DNA of 64,000 bases from Octopus vulgaris (Eukaryota), in the NCBI GenBank assembly GCA_951406725.2, contig OX597819.1, positions 28,458,001-28,522,000 of the forward strand. Reading direction: 5' to 3'. Below the pieces are notes generated by a model that was not told the origin of the DNA, ran no database searches, and saw only the letters and a list, made by a program, of their open reading frames with translations. A program made the translations under genes and the position numbers. Below, one piece after another: positions 11,231 through 23,957 of the stretch (the first letter of the stretch is position 1; each line of letters begins with the position of its first letter).

Positions 11231-14200
11231 TATTTCATTTAAATATATTTAACTGAGTCATCTTCCTCCTCTTCCTCACCATTTTTCAGCTACTTTCCAT
11301 GCTAGCATGGGTTGGATGAGCCAACAGGATCCAGTAGATCAGAGAGCCACTTCTTGCTCCAATATCCCAGTTCTGGCATTGTTTCTATAGCTGGATGCTC
11401 TTTCTGACACCAACCACTTTACAAAATGTACCAGGTGCATTTTTTTCATGGTGCCAACTCTATAGTGGTTATCTTGCCCTTGGTAAGACTAAAGAGCCCT
11501 GGTTTAATATGCAATATTATTTAGGGAAACAAATTTTATTGAAAATGTACTGAAAGATTAAAGAGTTTTGAAGTTTCTAGCAAAGTTAACTTTACATATA
11601 GATGTTAATATAAGGATATTAACAAAGGGTAATGGAAAGTGGAAATGTTTTATATTTTACTTGCTTCAGTTGTTTGACTGTGGACATACTGGGGCATCAC
11701 CTTGAAGTATTTTAGTCGAACAAATCAACTCCAGGGCCTATTTCTTAAAGCCTGGTACTTATTCTGTCAGTCTCTTTTGCCAGATCGCTAAGTTACGGGT
11801 ATGTAAACACACTACCACCACTGGTGGTGGGGAGCAAAAACAGACACAGAAATATACACTCATAGATACACACACACACACACACACAGAATTATACACT
11901 CATAGATACACACACACACACACACACACACATATAATTGGCTCCTTTCAGTCTCTGTCTACCAAATCCACTCACAAGGCTTTGGTTGGCCTGAGGCTAT
12001 TGTAGAAGACACTTGCCCAAGATGCCACACAGTGGGACTGAACCCAGAACTATGTTGTTGAGAAGCAGAGCTTCTTACCACACAGCCATATACTTACTGA
12101 TATCAAAATATTAATAAAACTACTTAAAGATGTCATCTGTTTGTTAGATCTGCTGAAACTGGTGGTTATAACCACCAAACTTTTTAAAGCAAAGCTAGAA
12201 ATCCTTTTATAATTAGGATTAATTAACATTAAAGTAGATATATAAATGAGTATAGGCACCAGTGATGAACTGGAATTGTTTCTGTCTGCAATACTCATAA
12301 GCTACAACATTCATAGGCTGCAACATGCACAGGTTTATTATGCTCTAACTTTAGTAGCAGGACCACATATGGCCAGCTACTAAAATTTAAAATCAAAATT
12401 TCTTCAAAGTGTTCCTTATTCTACATCATTGTATTTGATATGGATTGTTTTAGAAAGAGGAATTACAACCGTGTTTTGTGGTCTGCTACTAAAAACAGCT
12501 CCTTTATAGGATCCAGTTAGCTCAAAACATCATCAGGAGGAACCACGTCCGGTTTCGGCCCCTACTCCTCTACCGTTTTGATGTGGCGGGGCCCTTCCTT
12601 TCGGAGGTGTCTTCAGCTCTGGTGTTGGGTGCATGTCTTCTTTCTTCTTCTTTCTTCTGTTCTCTGACCTCTTCAATGTAGCGTCAGCGAGTGTTAGCTG
12701 GTGACTGACTGACTTGTCAAATTTTTCCCTTTAAATACCTGCAGCTAGGTTCCAGCAGGCAGCCCCAGCAAGTTGTCATGTGACACTGTCTCACCTTAAC
12801 TGGCTAGTGAATGCGCATAGTTTTAGCCCGTGCATTCTCTAAATGACTGTCACCTGTCAGTCAGCGAAGCTGATTCAGTGTCAGCTTGTTTCATTCTATA
12901 ATTGTTTAGTCTCTCTCTCTCTGAAACTAGGCCCTGTAGTTAGATCACAGAAGTTTATGTGGACCATCACCTTCTCCCCCTCTGTCTTCTGCTGCTTTAC
13001 TACCCTTTTTTACCCTTTTTCTTTTCCTTTCTTATCTCCCTTTTTTCCCGTTTCTTTGTATTTAAATTTGAATAAAAGATAATCTTATAAAAACAAAAAA
13101 ATTAATAAGCTATAAATACAGCAGAAATGGAGATTAAATTAACAAGGGCACATTTATCTCACAAGCCACAATGAAATCTTGTTTGATAATACCTCCATTA
13201 TTGGTTCCAAGGCTGAGGTGATAGAGATAATGAAATGTCAGGTTAAAATGTCATATAGTTTTTATTTTGTTTCTGTATGAGTTCAAATCTTATTCAGGTT
13301 AATATAGCTTTTCATCCATCTGGATGTGATAAAATATGTTTGAGTAATATGTTAAACTTGATAGGTTTGACTATGATGGTTTCTCGCATGAAATTGGCCT
13401 TGTACACGTGAAACCAAAAATCAATATTAGTAACATTATATTGTTGTTTCACTTGTATAAACTGTCCTTGTTTATTTAAAGAGATAAACAACACACTATC
13501 ACTTTTAATCTCTACACTATACACTTATAATTTCGTACCAGACTATGAAATTATGTTTATAGGAATTTTGTAACAGCTGTTTTCCAGTTACTGATACACA
13601 TCTAACCTATGAGTATGTGTTGCATATAGGTGGACTTATTGATGTATACAGACCCAAAGAGAGAGCCTCTGTATTATAGATTGACTTATAGAAGTAGCAA
13701 ATAGAAATTTCCACAATTCACACTTCCCACCATTTTGGAAGAAGAAGAAGAACAGTGAGTAATGTTGTCCTAAATATACAAAACACAAGATGGCCATGGT
13801 CAAGAAACATTTAATGTAAGTCTGCTCTAAAATATAATTATTATTACAAAAAGGTTTTAAGGCATTGAATTGGCAGAATTTTTAGCACATCAGGCCAAAT
13901 GCTTTGTGGCATTTCATCTGTCTTTGTGCTCTGAGTTCAAATTCTGCTGAGGTCAGCTTTGCTTTTCATCCTTACAGAGTTGATAAAATAAGGACCAGTT
14001 GAGCACTGGGGTCAATGTAATCAACTTTTCTCCTGCCCTCAAGTTGCTGGCCTTGTGCCAAAATTTGAAGCCATTATTACATAAAAGTTTTCAAACCCTG
14101 CTGAGGTCAACATCAAGAGTTGTTAAAATAAATACCAATCAAAAATTGATATAATTCTCTTCTCATCAAACTTGCTTCTGTTAGACATGATTACAATAAA

Positions 14201-14522
14201 ACTTCAGAGTAGTGGACTGGGATAAATCATTAGAACATTGAACAAAATACTTTATGATATATTTTCTGGCTCCTTACATTCTGATGTTAAATGCTACTTA
14301 AGTCAACATTGCATTTCATCTCTTTGCGGGTCAATAAAATAAAGTACCAGTTTAGTACTGAGGTTGATATAATCACAAACCTTCTTTCAAACTTGCTGGC
14401 CATATGTCTAAATCACTTATTAATTATTACAATAAAATTTCAAATTTATAGTTATTGTTACTACAATTATGGTTATTAATTCTTACAATAAAACTTCAAA
14501 AGTTATTTGCACTTATTTTTAG

Positions 14523-14687
14523 GTCCTGCTGCAAAATGTGAAATCTGAGTTACATAAAGATCTTATATCAGGTTGTAAAATGTTGATTGATCCAGAACAA
14601 ATGGGAGAAAGATATAAATTTATGTCCTTTCTCCAAAAGACTGAAAAAGATTACACACCAGCTGGATTTTATTCATTGGGAAACTAG
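14523..14687 (+). CDS. NDUFAF7: NDUFAF7 terminal coding exon
   Basis: tttag|VLLQNVK...MLIDPEQMGERYKFMSFL...PAGFYSLGN followed by TAG. Confidence 0.93.
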   Translation, partial: VLLQNVKSELHKDLISGCKMLIDPEQMGERYKFMSFLQKTEKDYTPAGFYSLGN

Positions 14688-14751
14688 ATCACAAAAATTC
14701 CTTCATCTTGCCCCACCACACACATCTCTCTTATAAATTATTTATATTGCA

Positions 14752-14757
14752 AATAAA
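14752..14757 (+). promoter_or_regulatory. candidate NDUFAF7 polyadenylation signal
   Basis: AATAAA about 65 nt after the stop codon, followed by T-rich sequence. Confidence 0.55.
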
Positions 14758-15899
14758 TGTTTTTATAGCTACAGCCAAGTCTTTCATTTGTTTTTCACTT
14801 TTTAAATAATATTTGAATTCATTCTTATACAGGCATGAAGCAATGAGCTTTACTATTAATAACTGCAAATAGTGGACACATACCCATAGAAAGTCTGGTT
14901 GGTTTATCTAACTTCCCATCTACACTGCTATATTAACAATTGAAGGCCAACTTGCACGTCTACCTATGTCATGCAGACAGCCTCATTCCTTGCTGCCCCA
15001 GAGAATTACTGTAAGCTTCCTCTTTCCCTTTACCTCACATCTGTAAAGCCTCATTGACAGTATATTGGAAGGACATGGCTTCTTAACCAGAATAATGGCA
15101 GCCTGTCTAAGCACTTTGAACAAATCTAACAATATTCAGAAAGATTTTGGTCCATATCTAACAGAGGAAAATGTGGGATATGCAAGTAGCAGTGAAAGCA
15201 ACTCATATGGGAGAGCAGAAACTTTAAATTGAAGTCAATATAGTGTAGAGGAGATATTTTAGCTCTGACAGATAACCTCTGTAGTGCTGGTGGTACAATA
15301 AAATAAGCCCAGTCTATGCTGTAAAGTAGTTGGTGGTAGGAAGAGCACCCAATCACTTAACTGATCATTGTGAAAATATGATAGTCAAATGATAAAAGAA
15401 AACTGCTTCATGAACAAGATTAATACTTACCATATTGTGCTATGTATGAACAACCTCACTAACATTTTTCCTTTTTAGGTACAGAGCTTTAGGGCTGTCA
15501 TTACAATTATCATTATACATGTTAGATTTATAGAAATAGAGTTGCTAGAGCAGAGATGAGTTGATGTGGGCTGTGTGCAAAAGGTGAGATGGTGGGGAGC
15601 CTCAGCCAGACTCCTCAGTGACAAGAAGACATGTAAAGAAAGTTTTAGGTAGCTAACAGCTGGGGAGTGGGCATATTGTTGGCAAAGAAATGAATTGAGT
15701 AACTGAGGTAGTCAAAATATGTGACATAGTAATTAAACTTAGACATGTCATAGATGACACAACAGCAACAATGATCTCTACATATGCCCTCTTGCAGACT
15801 ACCTGGAAAACAGACACAGCAACCTCATTATTATGGCTGTAGATTTTGAAAGACATGTTAGATAACATCATTATGAGTACTCTGCAATACATGAAAAAT

Positions 15900-18800
15900 A
15901 TGGCTATGGTACAAGAGATGAAGAAGAATCAAGGATCTTTGAGTTCTGTGACCATATTTGACTTAACCATTTGTAACACAAATTTCAGAAAGTCAGTCAT
16001 CTGATTGTTGTAATTCTCAGATGAACAATGAGTCAGATGTTCTCATCAGAAAACAAAACAGGCAACAGCATGTGAATGTTAAATTTCTGCCTAATGAAGA
16101 CTGTATTATTCAACATGGACAAGTAATTCATCGTTTCAGGATAAGAGCTAGAGGATACTAATGACAGGGGGCTTATCTGCTGTATATAAATTTCAAGTTA
16201 TACTCAGCAATGCTGATGATAAATGGTAGGAAGAAATAAGGAACTATGATACAGATAGAAGTTAACTGGGAATTGCTGCAAAACAATGTACTATAAACCA
16301 AAAACCAGATCTATGGATGGAGCAAGGTCTCACATGGTGCTGGAATTGTACAGTAAACTATAAAAACTTAGATGCAGGCCAGAAAAAAATGAGGGATCAA
16401 AGGACAATATCAGGTCACTACATGGAAGATATATCCAACAAGAAGGGAAACCAAAAGTAAATGGTTTTCAAAGTTTTTACATGTTGAGGATCACATGTAC
16501 CAAATTGCAAGGCACCAGGTAAGTTTAAATTGGGATATAGGCATAAAGTACACATGGCATGCTAGTGATTTATACTTACCTTTATCAACTCTGAAAAAAT
16601 AGGCATGAACACTATACTATAAGCAGTAGATGAAAAGAGGTTTCCCCAAGTGGATGCAACAGAAAGATCAGCTGTTGAGCTCGATTGATGTTTCAATGTG
16701 TAAGCCATTAAAGATAGTTGCTGAGGTGCTGAAAATATCTGGTGAAATGGGGCATATGCTGGTTAAGTATGCAGTGGAAAGTGTTTTCCCCAATGACTGA
16801 CACAGCAACAGCATTGTCATGTGTTATGTGGACAAAGAAGATACTTTTGAAGGAGAAATATCTAGGCCACAAATTGAATTGGGCAGGGAACACTGACGGG
16901 GTTGGTGGCGTGGGTATACTTATCGCTGAGAAATGGGTAGATAAAGTAATTGAGGTAATCAGAGTATGTGACAGAATACTTAAGATTAGATTAGTGCTTC
17001 ATCATAGTTTAGCAACCATTATATCAGCCTATGCTCCTCAGTCGGGGCTACCCGATGGACAGAAAGACCGATTCTATGACACTCTACTGCAGACTACCTC
17101 GTTGACGAACGACAGAGACCTTATCTTTGTGGCTGGTGACTTCAATGGTCACGTTGGACGACATGCTGGGGGCTTCCATGGCGTACATGGAGGCTATGGC
17201 TATGGCTCCCGCAACGAGGAGGGAACCAGGCTGCTGGAGTTCTGCGATGCAAATAATCTTATGATTTGCAACACTAACTTCAGGAAACCTACCAGCCACC
17301 TAGTCACTTACCAATCGGGCCAACATACCAGCCAAATTGACTACATCCTTACAAGGCAAAGGGAGAGATGGCTGCTTATAAATGCCAAAACCTTCCCAGG
17401 TGAAGAATGTACCCCACAACATAGACTGGTAGTTAGTGACTTTAGGATCAGGACTAGGAGGACAACCAGAAGATGACAAATATGGAGAAGAAGGATCTGG
17501 AAGCTTAAAGATCCTGCAAATGGACAGAGATTTAGGGACATATTACTTGAAGCCTCTGACGAAGTAGAAGGGGATAGAGCATCACAGGGGGTAGAAGACA
17601 GCTGGACGTTTCTAAGGGACAACCTGCTGAGAGCCACTGACCAGATCTGTGGCTGGTGCAAAGTCCCCTCTCGACCTAGAATAACGTGGTGGTGGAACAA
17701 TATTGTAGACAGGGCTATTAGAGAAAAGAGACAGGCTTGGAAGGTCTGGAAAAATGGGGGTAGCAGGGGATTGTATCAGACTGCCAAAAGAGAAGCTAGG
17801 AGACAGGTTTATTTAGCCAGAGGGGAAGCAGATAAGAAAAATTTGCCAATGTTCTGCGCCGTGAGGACCAAAGACTGGAGGTGTTTCGTGTTGCAAGACA
17901 GTGTGTGAGAGAGAATCGTGATGTGGTAGGAGAGAAGTGTGTTCGCATGGAAGATGGTTCACTTGCGCTAAATGAGGATGCAAAGAGAGAGGTTTGGAGA
18001 TGCCACTATGAAAGGTTGCTGAATGAAGAAAATGAATGGGATAAAGAGAGTCTGCCGAATGTTGACCCAACAGAGGGACCAGCTATCCGAGTTGATAGTT
18101 CCGTGGTAGCTAAGGCAATTAGAAGCATGAAGACAGGGAAAGCCCCAGGCCCATCAGGAATCACTGCAGAGATGCTCAAAATGTCTGGTAGTGTCGGCTA
18201 TAGCCTAGTCACCCGTATAGTTAATCAGGTGATACACAAAGGGGTCATACCCAATGACTGGTGTAGCAGTATAATAGTCAACTGCTACAAAGGTAAAGGT
18301 GATGCCCTAGATACAAATAACTACAGAGGTATCAAGCTGTTGGACCAGGTGATGAAGGTTACGGAGAGGGTCATAGCCCAACTAATTAGAGAGAGAGTTA
18401 GTTTAGATGAGATGCAGTTTGGGTTTGTGCCAGGGAAAAGTACTACTGATGCTATATTCCTGGTAAGGCAGCTGCAGGAGAAATACCTAGCCAAAGATAA
18501 GCCCCTGTACCTGGCTTTTGTTGACATGGAGAAAGCCTTCGACAGGGTCCCCCGATCCCTTATCTGGTGGGCAATGAGGAAACTAGGGATAGATGAATGG
18601 TTAGTGAGAGCTGTGCGGGCCATGTACAGGGACGCCGCTAGTAGGGTGAGGGTTGGAAATGTGTACAGTGAAGAATTCCGGGTAGAGGTAGGAGTCCACC
18701 AAGGCTCAGTACTCAGCCCCCTCCTATTTATCATAGTCCTCCAGGCAATAACGGAGGAATTCAAGACAGGATGCCCTTGGGAGCTCCTCTATGCTGATGA

Positions 18801-21740
18801 CCTTGCTCTAATTGCTGAGTCGCTATCAGAACTGGAGGAGAAGTTTCAGGTGTGGAAACAAGGATTAGAATCGAAGGGCCTCAGAGTCAATCTAGCTAAA
18901 ACCAAAGTCGTAATCAGTAGGAAGGTAGACAAATCACAAACACCTTCAGGTAGATGGCCCTGCTCGATCTGTAGAAAAGGTGTAGGTAGAAACTCTATAA
19001 GATGCACCAAGTGTAAGCTATGGACACATAAGAGATGCAGCAATGTCAAAGGAAGGCTGACTAGGAAGATGGTTTTTGTATGTGGCAGATGCTCAGGAAC
19101 AATAAACACTGAAAATGCTCTGAGACCAACTTCCGTCACTTTTCAGGGAGAAAAACTAGAAATAGTTGATAGTTTCCGTTACCTAGGTGACCAAGTCAGC
19201 AGCGGGGGCGGGTGTGCTGAAAGTGTAACTGCTAGAGTAAGAATAGCTTGGGCAAAGTTCAGAGAGCTCTTACCTCTGCTGGTGACAAAAGGCCTCTCGC
19301 ACAGAGTGAAAGGCAGACTGTATGATGCGTGTGTACGAACAGCCATGCTACATGGCAGTGAAACATGGGCCGTGACTGCTGAGGATATGCGTAAGCTCGC
19401 TAGAAATGAAGCCAGTATGCTCCAATGGATGTGTAATGCCGGTACTCACACTCGGCAGAGTGTAAGTACCTTGAGAGAAAAGCTGGACCTAAGAAGCATC
19501 AGTTGTGGTGTGCAAGAGAGACGTTTGCGCTGGTATGGTCATGTGGCGAGAATGGATGAAGATAGTTGTGTGCAAAAGTGCCACACCCTAGCGGTTGAGG
19601 GAACCTGTGGAAGAGGCAGACCCAGGAAAACCTGGGACGAGGTGGTGAAGCACGACCTTCGAACTTTAGGTCTCACTGAGGAAATGACTAGAGACCGAGA
19701 CCTCTGGAAGTGTGCTGTGCGCGAGAAGACCCGGCAGGACAAGTGAGTCCATAACCCGTGGCCTTCTACATGGGATGGAGCCAGCCTACGTATGCATACC
19801 TTCCCTTCTTGGGACACAAAACTCTACTTGTGAAGACGTGATGAGGCAAGTGAGGATCAGAATCGAAATCGATCAATGGAAATTGCGGATGTGCTACCAG
19901 TGCCGGTGGCATGTCAAAACTCTGCTTGTGAAGACCCGTTGAGGCAAGTGACGATCAGAATCGAAATCGATCAATGGAAATCGATCAATGGAAATTGCAG
20001 ATGTGTTACCAGTGCCGGTGGCATGTAAGAGAACTTTCCGTTTCGCGACCGTTGCCAGCACCGCCCCGTTTCGTGTCCGTTGCCAGCCTCGCCTGGCCCT
20101 CATGCCGGTGGCACATAAAAAGCACCATCCGTCCGTGGCCGTTTGCCAGCTCTGTCTGGCACCAGTGCGGGTGGCACGTAAAAAGCACCCACTACACTCA
20201 CGGAGTGGTTGGCGTTAGGAAGGGCATCCAGCCGTAGAAACACTGCCAGATTTGACTGGGCCTGATGAAGCCTTCTGGCTTCACAGACCCCAGTAGAACC
20301 GTCCAACCCATGCTAGCATGGAAAACGGACGCTAAACGATGATGATGATGATGATGATGAAGGCAGAGTTTATTGAGAGTGAGAACTAGCTTAGGTGAGA
20401 TGCAGTGCGAATTTGTGCCAGGACAAGGAACTACCCATGCCACAGTAGGGCAACTAGAGAAGTCCCTGATAAAGAGCAGACCACTACACCTAGCGTTCAT
20501 TAACCTGAGAAAATAGTGGCGGTAGATGTATGACTTTTGAGATCCATTTACCTATGTACAATAGAACTGTTAATAAAATGAGATTTAGCAATGAAGTCAA
20601 TATTCAGATATTTAGCATGATGAGTGTCCATCGGGGCTTAGCTCTCAGTTCCACCTTCTTTTTACTAAAGTTCTCCCGGTAATAATGAAGGAGGTCAAGT
20701 TAGGCTGATGCCAATGATTTTGTTCTCAAAAGTGAATCAGTTGAAGAATTAGAAGCAAAATTCTAAACATGAAATCATGTGAGAAGCCTAAAATTCAATG
20801 TAGCAAAGATGAAAGTCTTACTTAGGAGGAAAGGAAGCATTAATACTACAACAACCTATAGATACTTACTAACATCTTGGAAGTGGCTATGCTCAACTAG
20901 CAGAAAGTGCGGGAAGCAGGAACACTGTATTGTGTACTTAATGTAGAATGAAAGAGGAAAAGGCATTCATATGTAATAAATGTGCAGTAGTTAGCTGGAA
21001 GAACACCCAAGAAATGAAGTCTTTCATCTACCCAGAACACTTGCTAGAAGTAGTTGATAGTTTTGGTTACTTAAATGATTTGTAAGTGGTGAATGTGGAT
21101 ATCTTTAAAGCACATTTTCCAGAATAAGGCTGAAATGGAAAGATTTCAGGGTACCATCATCTCTGTTTATAACAAAGGGCTTTTCTCTTTGATTGTTTTG
21201 TATATATGTACGAAGTATAATATTTATTTTAAATTTTGGTACAAGGCCAACAATTTCAGGGGAGTGAGTAAATGGATTACATCAACTCCAGAGTTCAACT
21301 GGTACTTATTTTATTGACCCTGAAACAGTGAAAGACAAAGCTGACCTTGGCAGAATTTGAACTCAGGTACTGAATATAGGAAAAGACTGGAAAGAAACAT
21401 CATACATCATTCATAGCCAGAAATACTATGCATCCAGCTTGGTCTGTTGGATGTGTTACTTGGTATGAATGATGGAGCACAAGTACGCTAAGAGAAAAAA
21501 AATGGGTATTTGTGGAATTAGTCATAGCATACAAGAAAGACATATGATGTGTATCAGGAATTAGAGTTGAGTGAAAAGTGGAAGAATTCTGAAGAATATG
21601 TAGGAAGGGAGAAGATCTATTCTCAGAATACTGGTTCTTATGAAAGAGATTACAAAGGAATAAAACAACTGGGGAGATGGTGTGTTGGGAACAAATCTAG
21701 TCAACACATGTCTCTAAGAAAAATGAATGTAAAACTGACA
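15900..21740 (+). mobile_element. old degenerate RTE LINE interrupted by the young copy (boundaries approximate)
   Basis: Decayed collinear similarity to the young RTE at about 15970, 16790, 20395, 20880 and 21050. Confidence 0.65.
16880..20360 (+). mobile_element. near-complete young RTE-clade LINE (AP endonuclease + RT), inactivated
   Basis: EN motifs SAYAP, GDFN, IDYIL, QHRLV; RT motifs YRGIKL, QFGF, DMEKAFD, QGSVLSP, YADD, YLG; TGA at 17474 and a frameshift near 17836; (GAT)n tail. Confidence 0.96.
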
Positions 21741-23642
21741 ATGGTAATGACACAGAACTGAACAATTGTTCTTTTATTATGGTAAATAGATTTAACATTT
21801 TTTTTTATTTACGAGTTGAAGATTTTTTTTGTTGCCAAACAAAGCTATTTATTGTGTTTCTGGTATTCCTATCAAAGGCATTTTCAGTTTTTTTAATGTA
21901 GAGCACAGAAATCCATAGTTGAGGCATTGAATGTTACAAATAAGATTGTACAAAAGAAATGTAGCCTTTTGTTGAGTTAAGATGTATTATAAACTTTAAG
22001 TCATGAGCATATTTCATTTCTCACCAGTTTCTTATTCTGGAAAATTCTTACTTGTGCAATTGTGGTTATCAAAAGTAAATGATATCTTTCTAATTGCCAA
22101 TTGTGTTAGATACTATAATATAGGACATACATAGAATAATAGGACATAATGAATAAGAACTTAGTGATACAAGAACACATTTTGATAGGATTGCAAGATG
22201 ATTAGAAATGAAAATAAGTACTAAAATATGCAGAATATTAATAAATGCAGCACGAAGCTTTGTCAGTGAACAGGTTGCGGTCTCAAAGCGACGAAAATAT
22301 TTCGACAAATTAAATTTAAATGTTGAAGTGAATCTAACGGTTTTGTGTGTTTCTTAAATGGCTTACAACCACCTTCCATGCTGCAATTGTTTTCGTTCCA
22401 GCACACGATCTCAGATCAAGTCACTCGCTATGCAAGTACATCTCCGTAATTAATAAATCGTAGAAGTAAAAAGAAAATGGTCAATCCATTTGAAATAGTG
22501 GACAATATACTCAATCAAGTCAATGAATTTAAACATTTGGTTGTGGGTGGAAATAATGGATAATGTTTGATCTATGAAAGAAGTCAAATGTCAGATTGAA
22601 ACAGCTACAAAGAGTTAAGTTTAAGAGAGAGACACAAAAGCACAGCTGACCAAAAACATGGAGAAGGTCCACAAAAACTGGAGCAGTACTGGACGGCTAC
22701 ACTTGGGAACAACTGCAATCTATTGCCAAATACTGAGACAGATCTCTAGTTGGTGCCCTATGCTCCATTTGGAGTCAAAAGTTTATGAAGAAAAACAGTT
22801 AGTTTAAGAAGATTTTTTTAAATTTCAATAAAAACATGGATTAATTTTTTTTAAAGTGATAATACATTTTGGGCATGAATTATGGATGTTTAGTGCTGAA
22901 AGTGATGCATCAAGATCTACCCACAGGGAACTGTAGGGGTAAGTCTGTGGTACAGAGGGGATAGATGAGGATGTTCCATAAAAGCATGAGGGGAAATATG
23001 TAGAGATGGGGAAAAGGTGACTGTAGCAAATGATGGTGAGAGAAATTTGAGTGGGTAGGAAAGTGGGTATGGTAGATATGTGAGGGTATGGAGAGTGGAG
23101 AGGCATGCAGTGGGGATCATGTGTAGTGGGATGGGAGAGAGTATTGAGATGGGTTGCAGGGGAGTTTTGACAGAGGACAGATTGTGCATGTGTAAGGCAG
23201 GCATGGCTGTAAAGGACAAGCTTGTATGTATGGATGGCCATGATTTTACTTAGCTTAATGTGTCTTTTCAAGCACAACAAATTACCAGGTCTTGGTTCCT
23301 TGTTATTTTCTCTGTGAAGCTCAACATCTGAATATTTCTCACCACTTCATCCCATGTCTTCCTGGGTCTACCACTGCCACAGGCTCCCTCCACAACTAGA
23401 GATTGGTACTTCTTTATGCTGTTGTTCTCATCGATACACATCACATGACCGTACCAATAGTCTTCTCTCTTGCATACTACATCTAATGTCTCTTGTACCT
23501 GATTTCTCTTAAAATGCTTACAATCAGTCAAGCATGCACACAGACATTACCCAACCAGCGGAACATGCTGGCCTCATTTCATTCAAGCCGTCTCAGGTCC
23601 TCTGTAGTCATAGCCCATGTTTCACTGCCATGCAGCATAGCT

Positions 23643-23957
23643 TTTTTTGTTTGTTTGTTTGTTCCTTCTCAAGCCATGCCTGGCTCATAAGGGCCGGTTT
23701 CCCGGTTTCTTGGCGTATAGGTTCCCCACCTGGATGGGATGCCGGTCTGTCACAGGTGAGTTGCAAGATGCAGGAGGAAAGAGTGAGAGAAAGTTGTGGC
23801 AAAAGAGTCAGCAGAAGTTTCACCATTACCTTCTGCCGGAGCCACGTGGAGCTTAGGTGTTTCGCCCATAAACACACTCATCGCGCAGTCTGAGATTTGA
23901 ACCCGCGATCCCTCGACCGCGAGTCCGCTGCTCTAACCACTAGGCCATGTGCCTCCA
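23643..23957 (-). mobile_element. SINE family C (tRNA-derived head); relatives at about 9975-10220, 24205-24573, 32339-32633, 38680-38925 (all -)
   Basis: tggcctagtggttagagc...gggttcaaatc head; 14-bp TSD CATGCAGCATAGCT. Confidence 0.88.

Noticed and set aside
17474-17476. In-frame TGA as possible selenocysteine or readthrough
   Set aside because: It sits in an Arg-rich run, consistent with CGA-to-TGA decay, and a frameshift follows.
18321-19139. Antisense ORFs over the RT
   Set aside because: Shadow frames of the LINE ORF with no recognisable motifs.
23880-23957. tRNA-like sequence (also at about 24510-24573, 32570-32633 and 38850-38925)
   Set aside because: No closed acceptor stem; each runs into a SINE body with a tail and TSD, so these are SINE heads.
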